A DNA stretch of 64,000 nt, from NCBI GenBank assembly GCA_964646455.1, contig CAZYDX010000001.1, positions 9,560 to 73,559 on the forward strand, given 5' to 3'. The notes beneath the pieces were generated by a model. It ran no database searches. It was not told where the DNA came from and worked only from the letters and a program-made list of their open reading frames with translations. This document shows positions 1-10,114 of this stretch, piece after piece. The translations under genes were made by a program, and so were the position numbers. The number at the start of each line of letters is the position of its first letter. Position 1 is the first letter of the stretch. Source of the stretch: an uncultured bacterium. GTDB taxonomy: Bacteria > Fidelibacterota > Marinisomatia > Marinisomatales > UBA1611.

Positions 1-1
1 A

Positions 2-931
2 ACACCAACATCTGTTTTAAGTGCGACAATAAATAAGTATTGTACTTGTTCTATAATTATTGGTGATGATGATAAAATTTATATTTCCAGTAAGGATTTA
101 AACCTAAAATATACTGCCGATAGATATGATAATATTCAATTTGGGGATGATCTTGATTTAATTAAATCTGCTGTAAAAATTATGCAACCAAATTTTGGTT
201 TTGAGTTGGAAACATATGCTGAATTTTTACCAGGAACAGGCCTGGGTGGTTCATCAGCTATAGTAGTATCTGTCCTAGGTGCATTGAATTATTTTCGTAA
301 TGAACAACAATTAGATATATACCAACTTGCAGACCTTGCTTATCAGGTTGAACGTATAGATATGAAAATTAAAGGAGGATGGCAGGATCAATATGCTACC
401 GCTTTTGGAGGATTTAGTTGGATAAATTTCCGCGAGAATGAAATCATTGTTAATCCATTATTACTACGTAAAGAAACTATTTTAGAATTAGAGTACAACT
501 TGATGCTTTTTCGTCTTGGAGAAACTCGTAGTTCAAGTAATATACAAAAAAAACATATATCTAAATTAGAGAATTCAAGCAATCTGGATTCCTATGCAGA
601 AATGACTGAACTATCAGTTAAAATGAAAGAATCACTATTAAAAGGAGAGACCAAAACCTTTGCTGATTTTCTTCACGAATCATGGATGATAAAGCAGAAA
701 ATAAACTCATCAGTATCAAATGATTTAATTGAAGACTGCTATAATACAGCTCGTGATTTAGGTGCTTTAGGTGGTAAGCTATTAGGCGCTGGAAGTAGTG
801 GATATTTACTTATTTATTCATCACCTTTATATCAAAAGAAAATAATTGAATCATTAGCTGATAAAGGTGTAATGAAAGAAAATTTTAAATTTAGTCAAGA
901 TGGCCTTGAAGTTTGGTCTACAAAAAAATAA
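2..931 (+). CDS. GHMP-family sugar(-phosphate) kinase, HddA/fucokinase-like; 5' end lies upstream of the window
   Basis: The frame of the 182..931 ORF stays open back to nt 2 with no stop. GHMP motif II 'LPGTGLGGSSAIVVSVLGAL'; C-terminal 'GGKLLGAGSSGYLLIY'. Confidence 0.8.
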   Translation, partial: TPTSVLSATINKYCTCSIIIGDDDKIYISSKDLNLKYTADRYDNIQFGDDLDLIKSAVKIMQPNFGFELETYAEFLPGTGLGGSSAIVVSVLGALNYFRNEQQLDIYQLADLAYQVERIDMKIKGGWQDQYATAFGGFSWINFRENEIIVNPLLLRKETILELEYNLMLFRLGETRSSSNIQKKHISKLENSSNLDSYAEMTELSVKMKESLLKGETKTFADFLHESWMIKQKINSSVSNDLIEDCYNTARDLGALGGKLLGAGSSGYLLIYSSPLYQKKIIESLADKGVMKENFKFSQDGLEVWSTKK

Positions 932-942
932 TATAGTTTAAT

Positions 943-1908
943 ATGAGAATTTTAATAACTGGAGCAACTGGATTTGTTGGAAGCCATATGGCTGATTATA
1001 TTATTGAAAATACTGATGATGAAATTTTTGCAACAAAAAGATGGATGGAAGACACACAAAATATTGAACATTTATTAGATAATAAACGTTTTACTTTTAT
1101 AGACTGTGATTTATTAGATGGATTAAGTGTTAAAAGGGCTATTGAAATTTCAAAGCCAAAAAAAGTTTTTCATTTTGCTGCACAAAGTTTTCCCGAGATT
1201 AGTTTTAATATTCCTATTATTACATTAGAAACAAATATTATTGGTACATCTAATTTACTTGAATCAATTAAGATAAGTAATTTTAATCCTGTAATAATTA
1301 GTGTTTCATCAAGTGAAGTCTATGGTATGCCTAAGAAAGAGGAAATCCCAATTAATGAAAACAATCCAATTCGTGCTGCTAATCCATATTCAATTTCTAA
1401 AGTAGGCCAAGATTTGATGTCTACATATTACTTTAAAGCATATGATATGAAAATAATTATAACTAGGATGTTTAGCCATGAAGGATCTAGGAGAGGAAAG
1501 GAATTTGCACTTTCATCTTTTGCATATCAGATTGCAAAAGGTGAAGAAAATGGAATATATGAAATAAAACATGGCAATCTTGATTCTATAAGAACTTATA
1601 ATCATATAGATGATGCTATTACAGCATATTGGCTATGTTCAAATACTAAAAATTTTGGTGAAATTTATAATATAGGGGGTAACGAAACTTGTACAGTAGG
1701 AGATGCGCTTGATTTAATGATATCCAAATCAGATAAGCCTTTTAAAAAAATATTGGATAAAAATAGAGTGAGGCCAACAGATATAACTTTGCAGATTCCA
1801 GATTCTTCAAAATTTTATAAAGAATTTGATTGGAGGCCAATCAAAACCTTAAATGATATTTGTGATGACTTGTTATCCTATTGGCGGAGAAAAATAAGGT
1901 TTCAATAA
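943..1908 (+). CDS. NAD(P)-dependent sugar-nucleotide dehydratase/reductase, Gmd/Rmd-like extended SDR
   Basis: Rossmann 'ILITGATGFVGSH'; 'SSSEVYG'; YxxxK in 'YSISKVGQD'; 'TRMFSHEGSRRG...SSFAYQIAKGE' resembles GDP-sugar 4,6-dehydratase/4-reductase enzymes. Confidence 0.75.
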   Translation: MRILITGATGFVGSHMADYIIENTDDEIFATKRWMEDTQNIEHLLDNKRFTFIDCDLLDGLSVKRAIEISKPKKVFHFAAQSFPEISFNIPIITLETNIIGTSNLLESIKISNFNPVIISVSSSEVYGMPKKEEIPINENNPIRAANPYSISKVGQDLMSTYYFKAYDMKIIITRMFSHEGSRRGKEFALSSFAYQIAKGEENGIYEIKHGNLDSIRTYNHIDDAITAYWLCSNTKNFGEIYNIGGNETCTVGDALDLMISKSDKPFKKILDKNRVRPTDITLQIPDSSKFYKEFDWRPIKTLNDICDDLLSYWRRKIRFQ

Positions 1909-3039
1909 ATGGAAAAAATTAATATACCGTGGGCTAAACCTTCTTTTGATGATAGCGAATTGAATGAGGTTATTGATTCATTCAGTTCAAATTGGCTTAC
2001 AATGGGGCCAAAGGTTAAAAAATTTGAAGAGAAAATGGCTAGATTATTAGATGTTCCCTATGCAATTGCTGTAAATAATGGAACAACAGCACTAGATATT
2101 GCTCTAAAATCAATTGGAATTAAGCCTAATGATGAAATTATTGTTCCGGCAATGACTTACTTTGCTACAGCATCTGCAGTTTCATATCAATACGCCACTC
2201 CTGTTTTTGTTGATATAGATAAAGAAAGTTTTAATTTAGATCCTAAAAGGATTGAAGAGGCTATATCAATAAAAACAAAAGCAATTTTATTTATAGATTA
2301 CGGTGGCAATCCTGCAAACTTTGATAAAATTAAAAAGATTTCAGAAAAATATAATCTTACTCTTTTACAAGATGGAGCTCAATCTTTAGGTGGCGTATAT
2401 AAAGGAAAACCAATGGGAGCGCAGGCTAAAATTTCTACTATGAGTTTTCATATGGCAAAAATCATTACATGTGTTGAAGGTGGTATGATTTTTACACATG
2501 AAAAAAAACTTATGTCAGAGGTTCTTTCTAGGAGGAATCAGGGTGAGGTAGGTGAAGAAAATTATAATCATGTGTATCTAGGCACTAATGCTAGAATGAC
2601 AGATATTCAAGCTGCAATTGGACTAGCGCAGTTAAAAAAACTTCCAAGTTTTTTAGACAAAAGAATAAATATCGCTAAAAAATATGATGAATTATTTGAT
2701 CAATTAGATTTAAACATAAAGACTATTTCTATATCAAGGAAAAACAGTATAAATCCTTATTTTCTTTATCCTATATTAATCGATAACAGAGATCAAGTAG
2801 CGCTGTATATCAAAAACAAATTTGGTATTGATACAAGAATAGCATACTCTATGCCAGTTTATAAACAAAAATTATACTCTGAGGAAGGTGCTAAATATAA
2901 AAAAATGGATTGCCCTGTTGCAGAATTTGTTACTTCCCAAATTCTTAATCTGCCAATTTTTCCTGATATGAATGTAGATATGATAGAAAAAGTAGTGCTA
3001 TCAATTAAAGATGCAATAATTTATTTTGATTCAAAATAA
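1909..3039 (+). CDS. DegT/DnrJ/EryC1/StrS-family PLP sugar aminotransferase
   Basis: 'AVNNGTTALDIAL', 'LLQDGAQSLG', PLP-lysine block 'SFHMAKIITCVEGGMIF', 'GTNARMTDIQAAIGLAQL'. ATG directly abuts the upstream TAA. Confidence 0.85.
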   Translation: MEKINIPWAKPSFDDSELNEVIDSFSSNWLTMGPKVKKFEEKMARLLDVPYAIAVNNGTTALDIALKSIGIKPNDEIIVPAMTYFATASAVSYQYATPVFVDIDKESFNLDPKRIEEAISIKTKAILFIDYGGNPANFDKIKKISEKYNLTLLQDGAQSLGGVYKGKPMGAQAKISTMSFHMAKIITCVEGGMIFTHEKKLMSEVLSRRNQGEVGEENYNHVYLGTNARMTDIQAAIGLAQLKKLPSFLDKRINIAKKYDELFDQLDLNIKTISISRKNSINPYFLYPILIDNRDQVALYIKNKFGIDTRIAYSMPVYKQKLYSEEGAKYKKMDCPVAEFVTSQILNLPIFPDMNVDMIEKVVLSIKDAIIYFDSK

Positions 3040-3056
3040 GTGTTTCAATAATTAAA

Positions 3057-3932
3057 ATGGATTTAGAAAAGAATATAGATAAAAATTTAATAATCCCAAG
3101 CTCAGTTAAAGAACAGTTTAATTTAAATGGTCGTTTAGCAGTTATTACAGGAGGAGCAGGTTTTCTAGGAGTTCAATTTGCGGAAACTATTTTTGAAATG
3201 GGAGGAATACCCGTTATCCTGGATTTTAATAAAGAGCTAATTGAATCAGCAGAAAAACAATTAAAAGATTTTGGATGCAAAAAATATTATTTTTTTGAAG
3301 TTGATGTGACAAATGAAAAAGATTCAGAGAATATTATAAATAAAATTTGGGATGAAATTTCACAAGTTGATATTTTAATAAATTGTATTGCTTTAACAAA
3401 AGATACTATTGAAAAAACTAATTCTGATTTTTTTGAGCCTTTTGAGAATATGGATCAGAAATTATGGGAGAAAGGAATTAATCTCAATTTAACCGCTACT
3501 CAATTAATGTGTAAAATTGTTGGTAAAAAGATGTCGAAATGTGGTAAAGGTTCTATTATAAATATTGCATCAGATGTTGGAGTAATAAGTCCAAATCAAA
3601 ATATATATAAACCAGATAAATATGGTTATAAAGGTGTTAATTTCAATACCCCATCCTTTTATTCAGTAGGTAAAGCAGGTGTAATACATTTGACTAAATA
3701 TCTTGCTACTTATTGGGCAAAAAATAATGTTAGAGTTAATAGCATTTCTCCTGCCGGTGTATTTAAAGATCATGATAAGGAATTTGTAAATAAATTGGGC
3801 AATCAAATTCCAATGGGGAGGATGGCAATGCCAAATGAATTTAAAGGTGCAATAGCTTTTCTTTCTTCTGACGCATCCTCATTTGTAACCGGACATAATT
3901 TGATTATTGATGGGGGAAGAACTATATGGTGA
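3057..3932 (+). CDS. short-chain dehydrogenase/reductase (classical SDR)
   Basis: Cofactor motif 'ITGGAGFLGVQFA'; YxxxK in 'YSVGKAGVIHLTKY'; 'NSISPAG'; C-terminal 'FVTGHNLIIDGG'. Confidence 0.8.
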   Translation: MDLEKNIDKNLIIPSSVKEQFNLNGRLAVITGGAGFLGVQFAETIFEMGGIPVILDFNKELIESAEKQLKDFGCKKYYFFEVDVTNEKDSENIINKIWDEISQVDILINCIALTKDTIEKTNSDFFEPFENMDQKLWEKGINLNLTATQLMCKIVGKKMSKCGKGSIINIASDVGVISPNQNIYKPDKYGYKGVNFNTPSFYSVGKAGVIHLTKYLATYWAKNNVRVNSISPAGVFKDHDKEFVNKLGNQIPMGRMAMPNEFKGAIAFLSSDASSFVTGHNLIIDGGRTIW

Positions 3933-3950
3933 ATGTAATTATAAAAAATT

Positions 3951-5216
3951 ATGATTGAGAAATTCGAAAAATTAATTAACAAAATATTTAATCCTTATGG
4001 AAAATTTAATAAAAATGAATTGAAATATGTTCTTCAATACCTTGATTCAGAAAACCCTGAAAATGAATTAAATCCATGGTCAGCAAGACTTGAAGAAGCA
4101 TTTTCAGATAAATTTAATGTAGAGTTTGCGATTGCGCATAATTCTGGAACTTCTACATTGCATAGTTGTCTTTATGCGGCTGGAGTTGGGGCAGGTGATG
4201 AGATTATTGGCCCAGTTCAAACTGGTGCTTGGTTTCCTTATGTCTGTCTCCATCAAAATGCAGTACCTATTTATGTTGATTCTGATCCAAATACATTTTT
4301 AATGGATCCTAATGAAATTGAAAAAAAAATAACAAAAAAAACTAAAGCTATCATACCAACTCATATGCATGGTTTATCTTCAAAAATGGATGAGATAATG
4401 AAGATTGCTGAACATTATAATCTTTACGTTATTGAAGATTGTGCACAGAGTTTCTTGGCTAAATATAAAGAAAAGTTTGTTGGCACTATTGGCCATATGT
4501 CAAGTTTTAGTTTTGAAACAAAAAAACATATGACTTCAGGTCAAGGTGGTATTGTATTAACAAATGATAATATTTTAGCAGAAAAAATAAGAAAACATGC
4601 AGGACTGGGTTATAAAACATTAACAGCGAAACAAGGAATGACAAGATTAATGCCACATGAATTTCAAAATCCGTATTTTAAAAGACATGACACTTTAGCT
4701 TATAACTACAGATTGCCTGATATATGTGCTGCTATTGCATTAGCTCAATTAGAAGATTTGGATAATAAAGTAAAGAGGCGAATTAAAATAGCTAGAATGT
4801 ATGATAGAGTATTGCAAAATGTAGATTGGATTATTCCTCAAAAAGTTCCTGATTATTGCGAAAGTACTTATTGGTCCTACGCAGTAAAATATTTAGGTGA
4901 ACAAAGTTATGGTATTAGTTGGGAAAATTTTTATGAAATGTTTAATAATAATGGTGGTGATGGTTTTTATGGAGCATTATCATTAAATACAGATGAAATC
5001 TTTATGAAAGAAAAAGATTTTCTTGGCACATATATTCCTAATGATTATGATTTATTTAAAAATAGATTCTCTGATGATAGTGAAATGTATCCGATAGCAA
5101 AAAAAATTCAACCATTATTAATACAATTTAAAACTGGATATAGAAATTTAAATATAGCTGAAAAATCAGTTAATGCTTTAAAGAAAACAATTCAACAGAT
5201 ACAGAAAAATGGTTAA
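3951..5216 (+). CDS. DegT-family PLP-dependent enzyme (aminotransferase or dehydratase-like), long variant
   Basis: 'AHNSGTSTLHSCL', 'VIEDCAQSF', lysine block 'SFSFETKKHMTSGQGGIV', 'YNYRLPDICAAIALAQL'. At 421 aa it has an extended C-terminus. Confidence 0.75.
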   Translation: MIEKFEKLINKIFNPYGKFNKNELKYVLQYLDSENPENELNPWSARLEEAFSDKFNVEFAIAHNSGTSTLHSCLYAAGVGAGDEIIGPVQTGAWFPYVCLHQNAVPIYVDSDPNTFLMDPNEIEKKITKKTKAIIPTHMHGLSSKMDEIMKIAEHYNLYVIEDCAQSFLAKYKEKFVGTIGHMSSFSFETKKHMTSGQGGIVLTNDNILAEKIRKHAGLGYKTLTAKQGMTRLMPHEFQNPYFKRHDTLAYNYRLPDICAAIALAQLEDLDNKVKRRIKIARMYDRVLQNVDWIIPQKVPDYCESTYWSYAVKYLGEQSYGISWENFYEMFNNNGGDGFYGALSLNTDEIFMKEKDFLGTYIPNDYDLFKNRFSDDSEMYPIAKKIQPLLIQFKTGYRNLNIAEKSVNALKKTIQQIQKNG

Positions 5217-5946
5217 TGGATTAATTACAGTAAGATCACAATCAACCAGGTTACCTGAAAAGTGCTTTCTTCCATTTGGTAATGGAAATGTTATTGAACA
5301 TGTAATACGTAGAGCAAAATATTTTAAAATTAATCCTATCGTATGTACAACTAATGAAATTGAGGATGATAGAATAGTCGAAATAGCAAAGAATGAGGAT
5401 GTTCGATACTTTCGTGGAAGTGTTAAGGATAAATTATTACGATGGAGAGATTGTTGTAGAAAATATAATTTAGATAAATTTGTAAGCATAGATGCAGATG
5501 ACCCTTTTTTTGATGGTGACTTGATCAAAAGTAGTTATAAAGAATTAAGTGATTCTTTTGATATAATTAAACATCCTATGCAGCAACCAAATAATGGTTA
5601 TTATGAAGGTTGTGTTGGATATTCATTAAGGACTACAATTATCGAAAAAGCATGTGAAATAAAAAACACTGATGATACGGAAATGATGTGGCATTTTATT
5701 GAAGATGTTTCAGGAGTTAGGATTGGATTTTTGAAAGTTGTTGATGACAATATTTCATTTCCTATAAGACTGACTTTAGATTATCAAGAAGATTACTGGC
5801 TAATGCAATTTATTTTGAGATCTCTTGGGCCTTTTGCAGATAGAAAAAATATAGTGGGTTTATTTATTAATAATCCAGATTTGTATACATTGAATTGGTT
5901 TAGAAATGATGAGTATAAATCTGCTCATTCCAAATTATCTTATTAA
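5209..5946 (+). CDS. cytidylyltransferase-fold protein, SpsF/FlmC-type
   Basis: N-terminus 'LITVRSQSTRLPEKCFLPFGNGNVIEHVIRR' fits the R-x-x-S-x-R-L-P-x-K signature of SpsF-type CMP-sugar synthetase-like proteins. 8-nt overlap with the upstream gene. Confidence 0.6.
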   Translation: MVNGLITVRSQSTRLPEKCFLPFGNGNVIEHVIRRAKYFKINPIVCTTNEIEDDRIVEIAKNEDVRYFRGSVKDKLLRWRDCCRKYNLDKFVSIDADDPFFDGDLIKSSYKELSDSFDIIKHPMQQPNNGYYEGCVGYSLRTTIIEKACEIKNTDDTEMMWHFIEDVSGVRIGFLKVVDDNISFPIRLTLDYQEDYWLMQFILRSLGPFADRKNIVGLFINNPDLYTLNWFRNDEYKSAHSKLSY

Positions 5947-5963
5947 TATTTATTTCTTATTCT

Positions 5964-7253
5964 ATGAATAAACAAAAGATTGTATATATCGTTCACCATG
6001 TAGATGTTGAAGGTCCATTGACCGAAACGATTGAAGCAACTTTTGAAAGAATGTATGATTTTGGACTACCCAAAGATATTTCTATAACTAAAGATAACCT
6101 CCATAAGATTCAAGATGGAGTTTTAGATGGTATAGATCAAAATCTATCTTCAAAATTAAAAAAGGTGTTTTCTAAGAGATATCTGAATTATTTCAAAGAT
6201 TGGAATGAAATCGACAAATCAATAATTGAAACTACATCTAAATCATTTAGGCAGAAACATTGTTCCAAAGAGGGCGATCCTTATAAGTATTCTTGGTACA
6301 TATATGATTATCATAATGGTTATAAAGATAATCCACGATTTCGTGTAAAAGGAGTACATAAAATATTTGATCATTATATGAATAGTCTTATAAAAGAAAA
6401 TATTTTTAATGATGGCATCTATTGGCATTATCATCAGCCTTCAATTAGCGGTCAATGTCTAGAAGATAATACATGTTGGACAAATAGTGTTTTACATGAA
6501 GAAATAGTAGCAAAAAGGATTATAGAGCGTAATTGGTATTTTAGTTGTTTTCGTGCGGGTTCATGGGTGGAGAGAAATGATATTTCTCATTGGCTAGAAA
6601 TGTTTATACCTTTTGATTATAGTGCAAGATATATGTCAGATAATGAAGCATATTCTCCTGGAGATGTTTTGGATTGGCGTTTTACTCCTAATATTTGGGG
6701 TGCATGGCATCCAGATTGGTATGACTATCGTGTAGAAGGAACAATGAAAAGATATTTATTTAGATGTACAGATCTTGCTACTTACCATAATCATTTAAAT
6801 AAAAAAGAAGTTGAAGAAGCTTTTGAACAAGCTGATGAACATGGATCTAGTATCCTCAGTTATTATAATCACGATTATAGAGATATGAAATTAGAAGTAG
6901 ATGAAGCGTACCAAATAATTACAGATGTAAGTGAAAAATACCCCGATATAAACTGGAAATTTGTAAATGCTCTTGAAGCTGCCCAAAAATACTTAAACAT
7001 AAATCCACGAAAACCAAATCTATCGGTTAAAAAGGAGAATGATCTGCTTTATGTTCATTCTGAAAATAATATTTTTGGACCTCAGCCTTTTTTAGCAATT
7101 CAAGAAGGAGATAAGTTTTTCAGAGATAATTTTACTATGGAGACTGAAAAAAGTTGGGTATATAGATTTAGAAATCTACATAATCTAAAGGCATTTGGTG
7201 TCGCTGCAAATGATCCTTCTGGTCTATATGACATAAAGGTAAAAGTTTTTTAA
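5964..7253 (+). CDS. hypothetical soluble protein, function unknown
   Basis: 429-aa co-directional ORF rich in Trp/Tyr/His, with no TM segment and no motif I can name. It is flanked tightly by glycan genes. Confidence 0.5.
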   Translation: MNKQKIVYIVHHVDVEGPLTETIEATFERMYDFGLPKDISITKDNLHKIQDGVLDGIDQNLSSKLKKVFSKRYLNYFKDWNEIDKSIIETTSKSFRQKHCSKEGDPYKYSWYIYDYHNGYKDNPRFRVKGVHKIFDHYMNSLIKENIFNDGIYWHYHQPSISGQCLEDNTCWTNSVLHEEIVAKRIIERNWYFSCFRAGSWVERNDISHWLEMFIPFDYSARYMSDNEAYSPGDVLDWRFTPNIWGAWHPDWYDYRVEGTMKRYLFRCTDLATYHNHLNKKEVEEAFEQADEHGSSILSYYNHDYRDMKLEVDEAYQIITDVSEKYPDINWKFVNALEAAQKYLNINPRKPNLSVKKENDLLYVHSENNIFGPQPFLAIQEGDKFFRDNFTMETEKSWVYRFRNLHNLKAFGVAANDPSGLYDIKVKVF

Positions 7254-7273
7254 TTAATATAACTATATAATAT

Positions 7274-8059
7274 ATGTTTAAAGATTTAAATAGAGAGGAA
7301 ATCTATAGAAAGGAATATTATGAGTATTGGTATTCTAGAGTGCATGAATCAAATAAGCTAGGCAATAAGTCCTCAATAATTATCGAAGGTGACTTTGTTG
7401 TTCCTTCTGATTCCATATATAGAGAATTTTTTGATAAGTATCTTATTAATAATGGAAAGATTTTAGATATAGGATGCGGTTGGGGTAGGTTTTTTAATTA
7501 TTATAATAATTGTAATATGAAAATATATGGTGTAGATATCTCTAATATTATGGTTAAGAAAGCAAAAGAATTTTTTCCTGAAACAGCCTTAAGAATTAAT
7601 GAAGCAGAAGCTGAAAATCTTCCATTTGAAGATAATTTTTTTGATGTGGTGTGCTGTTTTGGTGTTTTCGATGCTACATTTCAAGATAAAGTTCTAAAAG
7701 AAATGCTTCGTGTTTGTAAACTTGGAGGAAGGGTTATTTTTACTGGTAAAAATAATAGATATCCATTAAATGATAAGATAGCTTATAAAGCTGAGTTAGG
7801 CGCATTAAAAAACAAAGAGCCTAATTACTATACTAATGTAGAAAAAATGATTAACGAATTAATTGAAAATAAACATACTATTTCAAATAAATATTTCTTT
7901 ATAAATAGGGGTGATATGTCGTTTAATAATTACGTTATTGATTTACCAGAACAATTTTATGAATATTGTTTAACAGTAAAGAAATGCTCTACGTCTTATA
8001 AATTCTCAAAATTTTATGATTCAAGATCTGAAAATTTTAAAATAAAAGATTCATTATAA
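7274..8059 (+). CDS. class I SAM-dependent methyltransferase
   Basis: Motif I 'ILDIGCGWGRFF'; 'FDVVCCFGVF'; 'LGGRVIFTG'. Confidence 0.8.
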   Translation: MFKDLNREEIYRKEYYEYWYSRVHESNKLGNKSSIIIEGDFVVPSDSIYREFFDKYLINNGKILDIGCGWGRFFNYYNNCNMKIYGVDISNIMVKKAKEFFPETALRINEAEAENLPFEDNFFDVVCCFGVFDATFQDKVLKEMLRVCKLGGRVIFTGKNNRYPLNDKIAYKAELGALKNKEPNYYTNVEKMINELIENKHTISNKYFFINRGDMSFNNYVIDLPEQFYEYCLTVKKCSTSYKFSKFYDSRSENFKIKDSL

Positions 8060-9081
8060 TGATTGATAATCCAATATTTATTACAGGTTGTTATAGAAGT
8101 GGCACCACATATATAAGCAGAGTCCTTGATGCTCATCCTAATCTTAATGTAACATTTGATTCGGTAAATTATTTTCGTTTTATTATAAAAAAAAATATAC
8201 CTGCAAAAGAATATAAAAAAATTGTTAATAGTATTTCTAAGCGTATGAAATCAAGATATAATATTATCTTAGATCCCAAAAAAATTATAAAAAATATCGA
8301 AAATTCTAATTCTATAAATCATAAACAAATTTATTCTAGTGTAATGAATTGTTTATTTGAATATTCGAAAAATATATGGGGTGAAAAATCTTTGCTAGAA
8401 TGGTCTAATATACCTCTATTTTTATCAATGTTTCCAAATGGTCATGTAATACATATAATTCGAGATCCAAGAGACGTAGTAGCTTCTTATAAAAACATGA
8501 CATATGAAAAGGGAGATAGATATTTAGATGCTATTTTTGCTAGCCTAGGTTCTTTAAATGCATCAATGTATTATAATGATTTGCTTCCAGAAGATCGTTA
8601 TAAAATATTGATTTATGAAGACTTCATCATGAATAAGATTAAATACTGTAGAGATTTATGTAAATACTTAGGTATTGAATTCTTTGATGAAATGCTTGAT
8701 GAAAATAATCATACAGATATTTTTGGAAAAAAATTTAATTCAAAAACACATACGTCATTTCCAGATGATAAATCTAAACCAATAAATAGATGGAAGAAAA
8801 AACTATCCAATAATGAAATTGAATTAGTAGAAAGTATTTTAAGATTACAAATGAACCATTATGGATATAAGCTATCAACTGACTTAAAAAATAATTCAAT
8901 TTCATGGCTATTAAATATTTTAAAAAATAGCAATCTTATTAATGATCACTTTATTAATTATTTAATTTCTGGAGAAGGAATTGAATCTTATCCAAGTGAT
9001 TCTACAGATCCTAAGAATTGGGCTATTGATACAGGAATTACTGGTCAAGGAGCTGCTAAGGCTTATGTAGAAAAAAAATAA
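8059..9081 (+). CDS. PAPS-dependent sulfotransferase
   Basis: 5'-phosphosulfate-binding loop 'GCYRSGTTYISR' and 3'-phosphate-binding block 'IIRDPRDVVASY'. TAATG overlap with the upstream gene. Confidence 0.8.
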   Translation: MIDNPIFITGCYRSGTTYISRVLDAHPNLNVTFDSVNYFRFIIKKNIPAKEYKKIVNSISKRMKSRYNIILDPKKIIKNIENSNSINHKQIYSSVMNCLFEYSKNIWGEKSLLEWSNIPLFLSMFPNGHVIHIIRDPRDVVASYKNMTYEKGDRYLDAIFASLGSLNASMYYNDLLPEDRYKILIYEDFIMNKIKYCRDLCKYLGIEFFDEMLDENNHTDIFGKKFNSKTHTSFPDDKSKPINRWKKKLSNNEIELVESILRLQMNHYGYKLSTDLKNNSISWLLNILKNSNLINDHFINYLISGEGIESYPSDSTDPKNWAIDTGITGQGAAKAYVEKK

Positions 9082-9148
9082 TTATTTTCAATTTATTTTT
9101 ATAACAACTTTACCAAAATTTTCTAATATACTATGTAACTACTAATAC

Positions 9149-10114
9149 ATGAATATAAAAGATAAACTTCGCTTGCCTTATTATTTTATTCGTGATTTAA
9201 AATCATCAAAAAATGATAATTTAGTTAAAAGAAATTCAATACTGAAAAATCAATTTTTAAATGATGAATGTTATCTTTTGCTTTCGGGTGAACCCATTGC
9301 ATCTTTTGATCTTAATCAGATAAAAAATAAGTTTTCAGCTGCATGTGGGTTGTTTTTTGTACATGAACAAATGCCAAATCTCAATCTTAATTTTATGTTC
9401 AACCTTGGTCTAGGACCCAAATTGGATAAAAGAAACCCTTATGATGAAATGCGATGGCCTGAAAATTACATTCCTTCAAAAAAAAAATGGGATAATAAAT
9501 TAATTATTAGGAACCTTTTTGAAAATACCAAGAATAACAAAACACTTAAATATTTTTTTAATTATGATTTTATTAATTATTACATAAAGAATCATATTAT
9601 CAATTTAAGTAATGATAATATTTTTTGGATAAAAACTATGGACCATTTTCATATAAAAAGACATAAGCAGATTGATTTGACAAATAGATTTATAGGAGCA
9701 GGAAATGGATTTATAGATTCTATTTTGTGCCTTATTTATATGGGATTCAAGAAAATCTATATTCTTGGCGCTGGTTACACTTACAAGCCTAATTATTTAT
9801 TTCATTTTTATACAAACTTTTCTAGCCCATTATCCCTAGGTAAAAACACTGCAATAAAAAATGGCAAGATGTTTATTCATAATTATAATAATAAATTTGG
9901 CACAAATATAGAATTCAATGGTCTAAAAAAAATTAATAATTATTACAGAGGTGTTTATATAAAAAATAGAGTTAAATCATTCTATGAAGAATCAAATGCA
10001 AATATATTAAATAAATATGCAAAAGATATTGGTGTAAGTTTAATAAATATTATGCCTGATGAATTTGAAAGTCCAATTTTTGAAAGGTTTTCTTATAAAG
10101 AATTCAAAAATTAA
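9149..10114 (+). CDS. hypothetical protein; possibly a Cst-II/DUF115-like nonulosonate transferase
   Basis: 'YLLLSGEPIASFDLNQI' and 'GAGNGFIDSILCLIYMGFKKIYILGAGYTY' loosely resemble the G-N-G-P-S and 'ALGYKEIYLSGIDFY' blocks of Campylobacter Cst-II type enzymes. The resemblance is weak. Confidence 0.35.
   Translation: MNIKDKLRLPYYFIRDLKSSKNDNLVKRNSILKNQFLNDECYLLLSGEPIASFDLNQIKNKFSAACGLFFVHEQMPNLNLNFMFNLGLGPKLDKRNPYDEMRWPENYIPSKKKWDNKLIIRNLFENTKNNKTLKYFFNYDFINYYIKNHIINLSNDNIFWIKTMDHFHIKRHKQIDLTNRFIGAGNGFIDSILCLIYMGFKKIYILGAGYTYKPNYLFHFYTNFSSPLSLGKNTAIKNGKMFIHNYNNKFGTNIEFNGLKKINNYYRGVYIKNRVKSFYEESNANILNKYAKDIGVSLINIMPDEFESPIFERFSYKEFKN

Noticed and set aside
5178-5528. 116-aa minus-strand ORF spanning the junction of two + strand genes
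   Set aside because: It is antisense to the SpsF-like cytidylyltransferase and the end of a DegT-like gene. It has no motif and no plausible promoter or RBS context.
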